From: Alphaproteobacteria bacterium
Lineage (GTDB): Bacteria > Pseudomonadota > Alphaproteobacteria > UBA7985 > JAUIBT01
Direction: 5' to 3'
DNA length: 64,000 bases
Assembly: GCA_030432195.1 (NCBI GenBank)
Contig: JAUIHE010000002.1
Coordinates: forward strand, 5,045 to 69,044
Within the stretch, counting starts at the first letter, position 1. Every line of letters starts with the position of its first letter. A model generated the notes under the pieces. It did not search any database and had not been told where the DNA came from. It saw only the letters and a list, made by a program, of their open reading frames with translations. Positions 27,482 through 35,426 of this stretch are shown one piece after another. A program made the position numbers and the translations under genes.

Positions 27482-28558
27482 ATGGCGAGCCACGATTTTC
27501 ACGCCCTGACCCTTGCCGAGGTCGCGCCGCTGACCGATGAAGCGGTGACCCTGGCCTTTGACCTGCCCCAGGACCTGAGTGAGGACTTTCGCTTTACGCC
27601 CGGTCAATATCTGACACTGCGTGCTGATATTGACGGGCAGGAAGTCCGGCGCTCTTATTCGATTTGCTCCCCTGTGGGATCGGCTCAACTGCGCGTCGGT
27701 ATCAAGCGTCTGGACGGCGGTCGCTTTTCGACCTTCGCCAATAGCCTGAAGGCTGGCGATCAGATTGAGGTTATGCCGCCGCAGGGCCGGTTTACGGCTC
27801 CCTTGGGCGGCGCCAACCACTACCTTTTGCTGGCGGCGGGCTCGGGCATTACCCCGATGATGTCGATTGCGGCCTCCGTGTTGGAAAATGAACCGGACAG
27901 CCAGGTGACCTTGTTGTTTGGCAATCGCTCGACGGCTTCTATAATGTTCCGTGAACAGCTTGAGGACCTCAAAGACCGCTATATGACGCGCTTTACGGTC
28001 ATGCACGTGCTGGCCCGTGAGCGCCAGGAGCTGGAGTTGTTCAACGGCCGTTTGAATGGCGACAAGCTGACGACGCTAAAAGAGCGCGGCCTCTTGGAAT
28101 TGTCGGATTATTCGGCTGCCTACATCTGTGGCCCCGCGGCGATGATCGAAGAATGCGCGGACTGGCTGGCGGGGCAAGGCATGGACAAGGCCAAGATCAA
28201 AACCGAATTGTTCACGCCCGCGCCCGGCAGCGCTGCTAAGGCGGCAGCGGTGGCTGTGGCGGTCGATCCCAATGCCGAGGCGACCGCTATTCAGGTCATG
28301 ATCGACGGCTCAACCCGCTTATTTGACCAACGGCCCGGCGAAAACTATCTGGACGCCGCCAAGCGCAACGGGGTGAGCGTGCCCTATTCTTGTGCCAACG
28401 GGATGTGCGCGACCTGCCGCTGCCAGGTGGTCGAGGGCGAAGCCGAAATGAAGCAAAACTTCTCCTTAGAAGATTGGGAAGTGGACAGCGGCTTCCTGCT
28501 GTCTTGCCAGTTGGTGCCCAAGTCTAAAAACCTGGTGCTGGACTACGACGCGCTCTAA
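27482..28558 (+). CDS. paaE: Phenylacetate-CoA oxygenase reductase subunit
   Basis: 358-aa ORF; FNR-type RSYSICS and LLLAAGSGITPM motifs plus plant-type 2Fe-2S CANGMCATCRC. Confidence 0.85.
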   Translation: MASHDFHALTLAEVAPLTDEAVTLAFDLPQDLSEDFRFTPGQYLTLRADIDGQEVRRSYSICSPVGSAQLRVGIKRLDGGRFSTFANSLKAGDQIEVMPPQGRFTAPLGGANHYLLLAAGSGITPMMSIAASVLENEPDSQVTLLFGNRSTASIMFREQLEDLKDRYMTRFTVMHVLARERQELELFNGRLNGDKLTTLKERGLLELSDYSAAYICGPAAMIEECADWLAGQGMDKAKIKTELFTPAPGSAAKAAAVAVAVDPNAEATAIQVMIDGSTRLFDQRPGENYLDAAKRNGVSVPYSCANGMCATCRCQVVEGEAEMKQNFSLEDWEVDSGFLLSCQLVPKSKNLVLDYDAL

Positions 28559-28586
28559 AACGCTATTTTCCAGGGGGGGCAAACAC

Positions 28587-29006
28587 ATGACCTACACATT
28601 AGACGATGCTCAAGAGTTTTTGGATCGGCTGGCGCCCTTTGCTGCGCGGCTGAACTATCAAATGACCGCGCTTGAGCCCGGCAACCTTCAAGTGCGCATT
28701 CCCAAGAATGCCGAGTTGGGGCGCGATATCGGCATTTTCTGCGGTCAAGCGGTCATGACTGCGGCCGACAGCTTGGGTCCGATCTGCGTCGCCAGCGCAG
28801 CGGGCGCCTATCGTGATATGACCACGGTAGATTTTTCCTGCCATTTCCTGAGGGCACTGCCGGTCGAAGATATTGACGTTGAGGTCAGCTTGATTAAGGG
28901 CGGTCGGCAAATATCGGTCGTTCGGGTCGAGTTTCGCGCGGCAGGCGACGAGCGCCTGGCGGCGTTTGCGACCGTGACCTATATGTATTTGCCTCAGCGC
29001 GATTAG
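28587..29006 (+). CDS. Hotdog-fold (PaaI/4HBT-type) thioesterase
   Basis: 139-aa ORF; size and pattern of 4HBT hotdog proteins; follows paaE. Confidence 0.65.
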   Translation: MTYTLDDAQEFLDRLAPFAARLNYQMTALEPGNLQVRIPKNAELGRDIGIFCGQAVMTAADSLGPICVASAAGAYRDMTTVDFSCHFLRALPVEDIDVEVSLIKGGRQISVVRVEFRAAGDERLAAFATVTYMYLPQRD

Positions 29007-29031
29007 GAAGGATTGGGCACGGGCCGGTTTG

Positions 29032-29133
29032 GGTTCCAGGCTTGGCTAAGGGCTTCCAGGCTTGCGCAGGGGCTTCCTTCCAGGCTTGCCAGGGCCTTCC
29101 AGACCTGCCAGGGCCTTCCAGGCTTGCCAGAGG
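29032..29133. repeat. Degenerate ~19-21-bp tandem repeat, about 5 units (CTTCCAGGCTTGCCAGGGC-like)
   Basis: Read directly: TTCCAGGCTTGG.., CTTCCAGGCTTGCGCAGGGG, CTTCCTTCCAGGCTTGCCAGGG, CCTTCCAGACCTGCCAGGG, CCTTCCAGGCTTGCCAGAGGG. Confidence 0.8.
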
Positions 29134-29182
29134 GCAGCCAGGCGCCTAGCCTAGCGGGAGTTTTCCCCACCTGGAGGCGCTT

Positions 29183-29617
29183 GTGCCACACCGACTCATG
29201 TTTTCAGGCCTGTCATTTGGCCTGCTTGCGGCTAGCCTAGCCGGGGCGGGTTTTAGCCAGGATCGCTATCCGCCCTTGGATGTTCTGCTGAGCAGCGGCG
29301 AGACCATTATCCAACAAAAGTTGGTCTATCCAGAAGGCCCGGCGGTTATCACCTCAGCCATCGTCACCATGCAACCGGGCGCTAGCACGGGCTGGCATCG
29401 CCATGATGCTCCGCTGTTTGCCTGGATGCTGGAAGGCGAGCTGACTGTCGATTACGGTGCTGACGGCGTGAAGGTCTACAAGGCAGGCGACGCCTTTATC
29501 GAAGCCTTCAAGACCTCTCACAACGGCACCAATACGGGCACAGGCCCGGCCCGCGTACTGGCGGTCTTTGCGGGCGCAGAAGGCACGGCGAACACCGTCG
29601 TTGAGGCTGCGAACTAG
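29183..29617 (+). CDS. Secreted cupin-domain protein
   Basis: 144-aa ORF; signal peptide (GLLAASLAGAGFSQ); cupin motif GASTGWHRHDAP...EGEL. Confidence 0.65.
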   Translation: MPHRLMFSGLSFGLLAASLAGAGFSQDRYPPLDVLLSSGETIIQQKLVYPEGPAVITSAIVTMQPGASTGWHRHDAPLFAWMLEGELTVDYGADGVKVYKAGDAFIEAFKTSHNGTNTGTGPARVLAVFAGAEGTANTVVEAAN

Positions 29618-29624
29618 CATCAGC

Positions 29625-30725
29625 TTGCACCGGCGCCGTGTTGTGTCCGTGGGGGGCAAGTTGGGCATCATAGCAGGTCTGGGGGTCGGCAATATGGCTG
29701 CGCTGGAGGCCGCCGAAGGGCAAGCGAAGGCGCCGCACCGCCTTCATGTTCCAGCAGAAGAAGAGCCGCACGAGTTGACCTTCATGCAGTGGCCGGTCAA
29801 TCGCAGCGTCTATCCCGACGGGTCATTTTTGGCGGTACTTCAACAGACTATCGCCGACATTGCCAACGCTATCAGCGAGTTCGAGCCGGTCGTTATGCTG
29901 GCTGCTGCAGCGCATCACAACAGGGCACGGCGCAAGCTCTCCGGCCGGGTCGAGCTGTGGGATGTGGCGACCGACGACCTGTGGTGCCGGGATTCTGGCC
30001 CCTTGATCGCAAAGGCCGCCAACGGTCAGCGCGTGGTCTGTCACCTGAAATTCAACGGTTGGGGCGCCAAGCAGCAGCATAAGAACGATGGCAGGATCGC
30101 CGCGAGGATCGCCGATCGTTTGAGCATGCCGCTGGTGGCCAGTGGCTTGATAGGTGAGGCGGGGGGCGTTGAGCACGACGGGCAGGGGCTGTTAATGGCC
30201 CACGAGAGTTCTTGGCTAAACGCCAACCGCAATCCGGGCCTCAGTCGGTCACAGATCGAGGCGCGCTTGCTGGCAGCCTATGGCACCGAGCAGATGATTT
30301 GGGCGCCGGGAGTTTGGGGCGAGGATATCACCGACTACCATATCGACAGCCTGGCCAGGTTCACCGGTCCAGGGCGGGTGCTCGTTAATTTGCCCGATGC
30401 CCCGATGATGAGCGACCCGTTTCACAAGGCAGCGTTGGAGACCCACGCGGCTCTAGTGAAGGCTGGCCTTGTGGTGACGGTCATTCCAGAGCCTGAGGTT
30501 CGGCGGGTCGAGAGCAAGGATTTTGTCGCCTCCTATGCCAATTTCTATGTCTGTAACGCGGCGGTTATTGCCGCCGAATTTGGCGACCCAACCGCGGACG
30601 CAGTGGCGGTGGCTGCTTTGCAGCGCCACTATCCGGGCCGCCAGGTTGTCACCTTGAATGTGGACGCGCTGGGGGAGGTTGGTGGCGGTATTCACTGCTC
30701 TACCCAGCAACCGCCCCAGGCCTAG
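29625..30725 (+). CDS. Agmatine deiminase / peptidyl-arginine deiminase (PAD_porph) family protein with Tat-like leader
   Basis: WCRDSGP and C-terminal catalytic GGIHCSTQQ motifs. TTG at 29625 gives the leader HRRRVVSVGGKLGIIAGLGVG. The track ORF from 29568 would overlap the cupin gene. Confidence 0.8.
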   Translation: MHRRRVVSVGGKLGIIAGLGVGNMAALEAAEGQAKAPHRLHVPAEEEPHELTFMQWPVNRSVYPDGSFLAVLQQTIADIANAISEFEPVVMLAAAAHHNRARRKLSGRVELWDVATDDLWCRDSGPLIAKAANGQRVVCHLKFNGWGAKQQHKNDGRIAARIADRLSMPLVASGLIGEAGGVEHDGQGLLMAHESSWLNANRNPGLSRSQIEARLLAAYGTEQMIWAPGVWGEDITDYHIDSLARFTGPGRVLVNLPDAPMMSDPFHKAALETHAALVKAGLVVTVIPEPEVRRVESKDFVASYANFYVCNAAVIAAEFGDPTADAVAVAALQRHYPGRQVVTLNVDALGEVGGGIHCSTQQPPQA

Positions 30726-30893
30726 GGTGGCGCTCGGCATTTTCTGCCACCTAGAGCGGGTTTCGTTGAATTGCATTCACAGGGCGCGCTCACTCCATTT
30801 GATATTGACGCAAATGCGCATTGCGGATCTTTGGCGCAACCAAGGGCGATTGCTCGGGCTTTGCGCTAGGATGGCACCTGGCATTGGCCGCCA

Positions 30894-31001
30894 CTAGAGC
30901 AAGCCGCGAATGATTGGCACTACGCATGAGCATGGACTGGCATTAGAAATCAGTCAGCTAGAGCGGAAGGGCTGTCGCAACGACAGGGCCCGACGCTCTG
31001 A
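30894..31001 (+). repeat. ~108-bp structured intergenic repeat, copy 2
   Basis: Aligns end to end with 13149-13256 (about 9 mismatches by eye). Confidence 0.85.
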
Positions 31002-31071
31002 GCCTGCTTTGGTTTGTTGGTGTGTGCCGAGCCTGCTGCCATATCCATGGTGAAGTGGCACCCTGCTGCTC

Positions 31072-31134
31072 GGGTTTGCTCTAGCCCGGCAAGGGTTTGC
31101 TCTAGCCCGGCAAGGGTTTGTGCCGGGCCCGGCG
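31072..31134. repeat. 21-bp tandem repeat, about 3 units (GGGTTTGCTCTAGCCCGGCAA)
   Basis: Units start at 31072, 31093 and 31114 (third degenerate). Confidence 0.85.
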
Positions 31135-31404
31135 AAGGATCTGTGCGGAAGATATGGGTGAGGGATCTGAGGGATCTGGGTGGGGATCTGGGTGAGGGTT
31201 GGGCCTGCCGTTTTTGGCCCGGACCTGGTTCGGATGCGGTCAACAGACGCCGCAAAATAGGGGAGTTTTGCGTAGAACTTTACGCCTAGGTCGATGGTCA
31301 TACGGTCAAAATGACACGCCGGACGACGATTCGCCCCCACCTAATGGCGGCCATGATGACCCCCAATCCGCAAGGATGCCCCCACCCAGCGCACAAATGG
31401 GATT

Positions 31405-31450
31405 CTTGTGCTATACCGTAGGGTATACTTGCGCTATACCGGAGGGTATA
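31405..31450 (+). promoter_or_regulatory. Tandem 23-bp units, each containing a TATACC-N4-GGTATA palindrome; candidate repressor operators
   Basis: CTTGTGCTATACCGTAGGGTATA / CTTGCGCTATACCGGAGGGTATA; 120 nt upstream of the cupredoxin ATG. Confidence 0.5.
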
Positions 31451-31569
31451 AATGCTTAGGCCGTTGGTCATATGACGAAGGTTTACCCCTGGTATCAAAG
31501 CAAAATGCGGTTGCCCTTGCTCGAAAAACGATTGTTCATGAGGTCACCAATGAACAGGGAGTTAAACAA

Positions 31570-32031
31570 ATGAAATCCGCTATGAAAACCGTTCTTCTTA
31601 CCGCTGTGGCCGTTGTCGGGATCACGGCAGGGGTCGCCCAGGCTGAGGGAGATCTAAGCAGAGCCAACGTCATTACGGTTGACATTGAGTTGGGGCAAAA
31701 TGATGACGGGATGTACATCAAGCCATCGCAGACCAGCTTTGTCACCGGCCAGGCCTACAAGCTGCACATCACCAATACCGATGAATTCAAGCATGAGCTT
31801 GCTTTGAACGCGCTCGGCGAAGCCAGCTTCACCCGCAAGATCGAGATCTTGGATGAGGAGGGTCAGCTGGTGAGCGAAATCAAGGGTGCCATTCGCGAAG
31901 TGGAAGTCGGACCAGGCAAGACGGTCGATTGGTACCTGGTGCCCGTGCAGACGGTTGAAGACGGCGAAATGTCATGCGAGCTGCCGGGCCACCGCGAGGC
32001 AGGCATGCACGAAATGATTACGGTCAACTAA
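31570..32031 (+). CDS. Periplasmic cupredoxin-like copper-binding protein
   Basis: ATG at 31570 after the GGGAG Shine-Dalgarno; signal peptide MKSAMKTVLLTAVAVVGITAGVAQA; type-1 Cu ligand pattern FKHE...CELPGHREAGMHEMITV. Confidence 0.7.
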   Translation: MKSAMKTVLLTAVAVVGITAGVAQAEGDLSRANVITVDIELGQNDDGMYIKPSQTSFVTGQAYKLHITNTDEFKHELALNALGEASFTRKIEILDEEGQLVSEIKGAIREVEVGPGKTVDWYLVPVQTVEDGEMSCELPGHREAGMHEMITVN

Positions 32032-32064
32032 GGTCAAAGAATCTTGGGCAGGTCGAGCCCAATC

Positions 32065-32097
32065 AAAAAAAGGGGAGGCCTCAATGCCTCCCCTTTT
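32065..32097. terminator. Bidirectional intrinsic terminator between the cupredoxin gene and paaK
   Basis: A7 - GGGGAGGC - CTCAAT - GCCTCCCC - TTTT. Confidence 0.8.
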
Positions 32098-32176
32098 GTC
32101 TGCCTAGGCCGACGGACTGGCTTTGCAATGCTGTGCGCCGTAGCGCGTCGCGCTTCCATGCCAGCCGACAAGGCCC

Positions 32177-33556
32177 TCAGCGCTCGTCCAGTACACGCTT
32201 GGCCTTGCCTTCGCTGCGTGCGACGCCGCCAGGATCGCGCACGTCAACCGAAACGCTGATCCCCACCATGGTTTTGATGTTGTTGGCAAGCTCTGCTGCC
32301 GCGCGTTGGCGGTCGTCAGCGCCCTGGGCTTGAGGGTCGCACTCAACCAAGACTTCCATGGCATCCATGGGGCCTTTTTTGTATAGCCGCAGTTGGTAGT
32401 GCGGGCTCAAGGCCGGAATCTTTAGGACCTGTTCTTCAATTTGGGTCGGAAAGACGTTGACGCCGCGAAGAATAATCATGTCATCGCTGCGGCCGGTAAT
32501 CTTGGCCATGCGCCGCATAGAGCGCGCGGTGCCGGGCAGCAAGCGGGTCAAATCGCGGGTGCGATAGCGGATGATGGGCAGGGCTTCCTTGGTCAGCGAA
32601 GTAAAGACCAATTCGCCTTCTTCTCCATCGGGCAGAACTTCGCCGGTTTCGGGATTGATGATCTCAGGCAAGAAATGGTCTTCCCAGATGTGCAGGCCGT
32701 CCTTGGTTTCGACGCACTCGTTTGAAACGCCGGGTCCGATGATTTCGGACAGGCCGAAAATATCGACGGCGTGCATGTCGAAGGTGGTCTCAATTTCTTG
32801 GCGGATGGACTCGGTCCAGGGTTCTGCGCCAAAGATGCCGATTTCCAGCGAGCAGCTGCGCGGATCAATACCCTGACGGCGGAACTCTTCGGCAATCGAC
32901 AGCATGTAGGAGGGCGTGACCATGATGACGCGCGGCTTGAAATCCTGGATCAGCTGGACCTGGCGTGCTGTTTGACCGCCGGACATAGGAATGACGGTGC
33001 AGCCCAGCTTTTCGGCGCCGTAGTGCGCGCCCAGCCCGCCGGTAAACAGGCCATAGCCGTAGGCAATGTGGACGCGATCGCCAGGGCGCACACCGGCGGC
33101 AACCATAGAGCGGGCGACGACTTCGGCCCAGGTATCAAGATCTTTCTTGCTATAGCCGACGACGGTCGGCTTGCCGGTCGTGCCGCTTGAGGCGTGGATA
33201 CGGGCAACTTGCTCCATGGGCAGCGCGAACATGCCAAAAGGATAATTATCGCGCAGATCCGACTTGAGCGTGAAGGGGAACTTTGCCAAATCGGCCAAGC
33301 TTTTTAGGTCGTCAGGATGAACCCCGGCCTCGTCGAACTTTGGCTTATAGAAAGCAGAGTTGTTGTAGGCGTGGCTCAAACTCCAGCGCAGGCGCTCCAG
33401 CTGCACCGCCTCAATCTCGGCGCGCGGGGCCAGCTCAATAGGATTGATAAGGCTGACATCCGGTGACAGCGCATTGCGCACCAGGTTTGCCGCCTGACCG
33501 AAATTTGTCGGCGTTGTGGTTGGCTTGGCGTTCAGCAGTTTGGTGAAGATTTCCAT
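32177..33556 (-). CDS. paaK: Phenylacetate--CoA ligase
   Basis: 459-aa ORF; AMP-binding loop SSGTTGKPT; C-terminal region typical of PaaK. Confidence 0.9.
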   Translation of the reverse strand: MEIFTKLLNAKPTTTPTNFGQAANLVRNALSPDVSLINPIELAPRAEIEAVQLERLRWSLSHAYNNSAFYKPKFDEAGVHPDDLKSLADLAKFPFTLKSDLRDNYPFGMFALPMEQVARIHASSGTTGKPTVVGYSKKDLDTWAEVVARSMVAAGVRPGDRVHIAYGYGLFTGGLGAHYGAEKLGCTVIPMSGGQTARQVQLIQDFKPRVIMVTPSYMLSIAEEFRRQGIDPRSCSLEIGIFGAEPWTESIRQEIETTFDMHAVDIFGLSEIIGPGVSNECVETKDGLHIWEDHFLPEIINPETGEVLPDGEEGELVFTSLTKEALPIIRYRTRDLTRLLPGTARSMRRMAKITGRSDDMIILRGVNVFPTQIEEQVLKIPALSPHYQLRLYKKGPMDAMEVLVECDPQAQGADDRQRAAAELANNIKTMVGISVSVDVRDPGGVARSEGKAKRVLDER

Positions 33557-33588
33557 GTCCCGTTCTCTTTCAGTCTTATGGAGCGACC

Positions 33589-34032
33589 TTAGAGGTCGTC
33601 GTCTTGAATGATTTGGCCCTTGATCTGGCGCGATTGTCCGCGGAATAGGGCGACCAGGTCGCCGGTCTCCTGCACGGTGACCGCAATATCGTAGATTTGA
33701 CTACGCCCTGCGCCGCCCGCTTTGACGGCCTCAGCAATCAGGGTCTGGCCCAGTTGGCCCGGCGCCAAATAGGACATGCTGCCCATCTGGCTAACGGTGG
33801 TTTGATTGCCCGAATTGCAGGCGTGGGCAAAGGCGGTGTCCGCCAAGCTGAAAATCGCGCCGCCGTGGCAGATTTTGTGGCCGTTTAGATGGTTTGGGCC
33901 GACGGTCATCGCCATGACACAACGCTCTGGCGCGGCCTCGACGATGCGCATGTTGAGGGATTGGGAGTAAAGATCGTTGCTGAGCATCGCCTCAGCGACA
34001 CGTTGCGCCAAATCAGCGGACTGTTGGCTCAT
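33589..34032 (-). CDS. paaI: Hydroxyphenylacetyl-CoA thioesterase PaaI
   Basis: 147-aa hotdog ORF; HGGAIFSLADTAF motif; upstream of paaK. Confidence 0.85.
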   Translation of the reverse strand: MSQQSADLAQRVAEAMLSNDLYSQSLNMRIVEAAPERCVMAMTVGPNHLNGHKICHGGAIFSLADTAFAHACNSGNQTTVSQMGSMSYLAPGQLGQTLIAEAVKAGGAGRSQIYDIAVTVQETGDLVALFRGQSRQIKGQIIQDDDL

Positions 34033-34172
34033 TCTGTTTCTTCCTTTCTTGAAGGCATTAGCACCTGTGGTCAGGCGCCGTCCCGCGCCGCCGCCCCGTG
34101 CCGCCGCCTCTAGGCGCGATGCTAACGCGCAGCTCAGCGGCCTAGAAGCTGCTCCGTAGTTTTCCTGACGTT

Positions 34173-34212
34173 ATGTTACGTAAAGCGTCAAAGTCAACAA
34201 CTTTCGTAACAT
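34173..34212 (-). promoter_or_regulatory. Second copy of the paa inverted repeat (candidate PaaX operator) in the paaI-paaK / membrane-protein divergent region
   Basis: ATGTTACG(T)AAAG ... CTTTCGTAACAT; its reverse complement also shares the internal TTTGACG with the paaA site. Confidence 0.45.
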
Positions 34213-34333
34213 TTCCAGCTTGCACGGTGGACTGCCCCTATTGGCCGCCCCTGTTGGCCGTCCTGCTTGCGTTGAACTTGACCTAGCGCCGGGCAGGGCG
34301 TCAAGTAGCGCGGTCACCCATTTCGGAGCTGTC

Positions 34334-35248
34334 ATGATTCTCGCTGTTTTGCGTCTGGGGCCAGAGATTGGCTTTGCCGCTGCCCTCTTGGCGCTGTTCA
34401 CGCCTGGCTTCGATGCTCAGATCGCGCAAACTATTCCCATATTGCTGCCCTTGCTGACCTTCTTGTCACTGGTGTTGCTGCCGGGAAAATCGGGCGAGGC
34501 GCGATTTCGTTGGTGGCAGCCACTTCTCTTGGTCGTCTGGGGGCAGGGCGTGTTGCCTTGGGTTCTGGTTGGCGGTTTAGCCTTGGCGGGCCTGTCGCGC
34601 GACTGGTTGCTGATTGCCTTGCTGCTAAACTCGGTCAGCAGCGTCTATCTTGTGACCAATTTTGCTATTTATTTGGATCGACGTCCCCGGTTGATGTTGG
34701 CCTTGTTGCTCACAGGCCTCTGCGCGACGCCTTTGTTTTTATTCATTAATGGCAGCCTGTTTTTCCGCTCCTGGGTGGCCATCGACCTGTTGAACTTCGC
34801 CAAGGCCGTCGGGCTGTATTTGCTGGGCCCTATGTTGGCAGCCTGGGCGGTGCGGCGCGGGGGTGTCGCACCCCAACATCGGCCCTATTGGCAGCTCGCG
34901 AGCTTGGCGACGGTGGCGCTAATCGCTTTTGGCCTAGAGGCCGAGGTGAGCGCGGCTCTGGCCCAAGCTGTTGGACAGCAAGATGCCGGTGCCTTGCTGG
35001 CGATTGCTCAAGCGCTGGGCTTTGTGGTGGCGCTGTCGCTTGCGACCTTCTTTTTATCGCGCGCGTTTTTGCGGCTCTGGGGACAGGAGGCCGCCGGTCT
35101 GGTTGCGCTCAGTCACGCGGTGCGAAACGCGGCGATGGTCTATGTGTTGGTGCAAGCCTATCTGCCCCCAAGCTATGGGCTGGTTTTGGGGGTCGTCCAG
35201 ATTCCGATCTATTTTGCCCCCATCGCGTTGAGGCGCATTCGGGCCTGA
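34334..35248 (+). CDS. Polytopic membrane protein, transporter-like, unknown family
   Basis: About 305 aa from the ATG at 34334; 9-10 hydrophobic segments; no motif recognised. Confidence 0.5.
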   Translation: MILAVLRLGPEIGFAAALLALFTPGFDAQIAQTIPILLPLLTFLSLVLLPGKSGEARFRWWQPLLLVVWGQGVLPWVLVGGLALAGLSRDWLLIALLLNSVSSVYLVTNFAIYLDRRPRLMLALLLTGLCATPLFLFINGSLFFRSWVAIDLLNFAKAVGLYLLGPMLAAWAVRRGGVAPQHRPYWQLASLATVALIAFGLEAEVSAALAQAVGQQDAGALLAIAQALGFVVALSLATFFLSRAFLRLWGQEAAGLVALSHAVRNAAMVYVLVQAYLPPSYGLVLGVVQIPIYFAPIALRRIRA

Positions 35249-35353
35249 CAGTTGGGCGCATACCTTGCCTGCCGTTTTTGGTCGAGCGTGTGCGGTCCTT
35301 GGTGGGCAGGGTGAGGGTGGCGGACCGAGTCGGCTTTGAAGGGCCTGGACGAT

Positions 35354-35409
35354 CGGGCCAGGAAAATCGGGCCAGGAAAATCGGGCCAGGAAAATCGGTG
35401 CGGGGAAAT
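35354..35409. repeat. 14-bp tandem repeat x3 plus one degenerate unit (CGGGCCAGGAAAAT)
   Basis: Read directly; ends 18 nt before the ATG at 35427. Confidence 0.9.
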
Positions 35410-35426
35410 GAAAGGAAGGTCCAAAA

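Noticed and set aside
30954-31340. 128-aa minus-strand ORF (and 31014..31289 plus) across the repeat-rich gap
   Set aside because: The reading frames are built from the 21-bp and GGGATCTG tandem repeats, and the repetitive peptides (RARANPC x2) are a by-product of these.
29032-35409. Tandem repeat arrays (29032-29133, 31072-31134, 35354-35409) considered as CRISPR
   Set aside because: The units are contiguous with no unique spacers, are 14-21 bp long and degenerate, and no cas genes are present.
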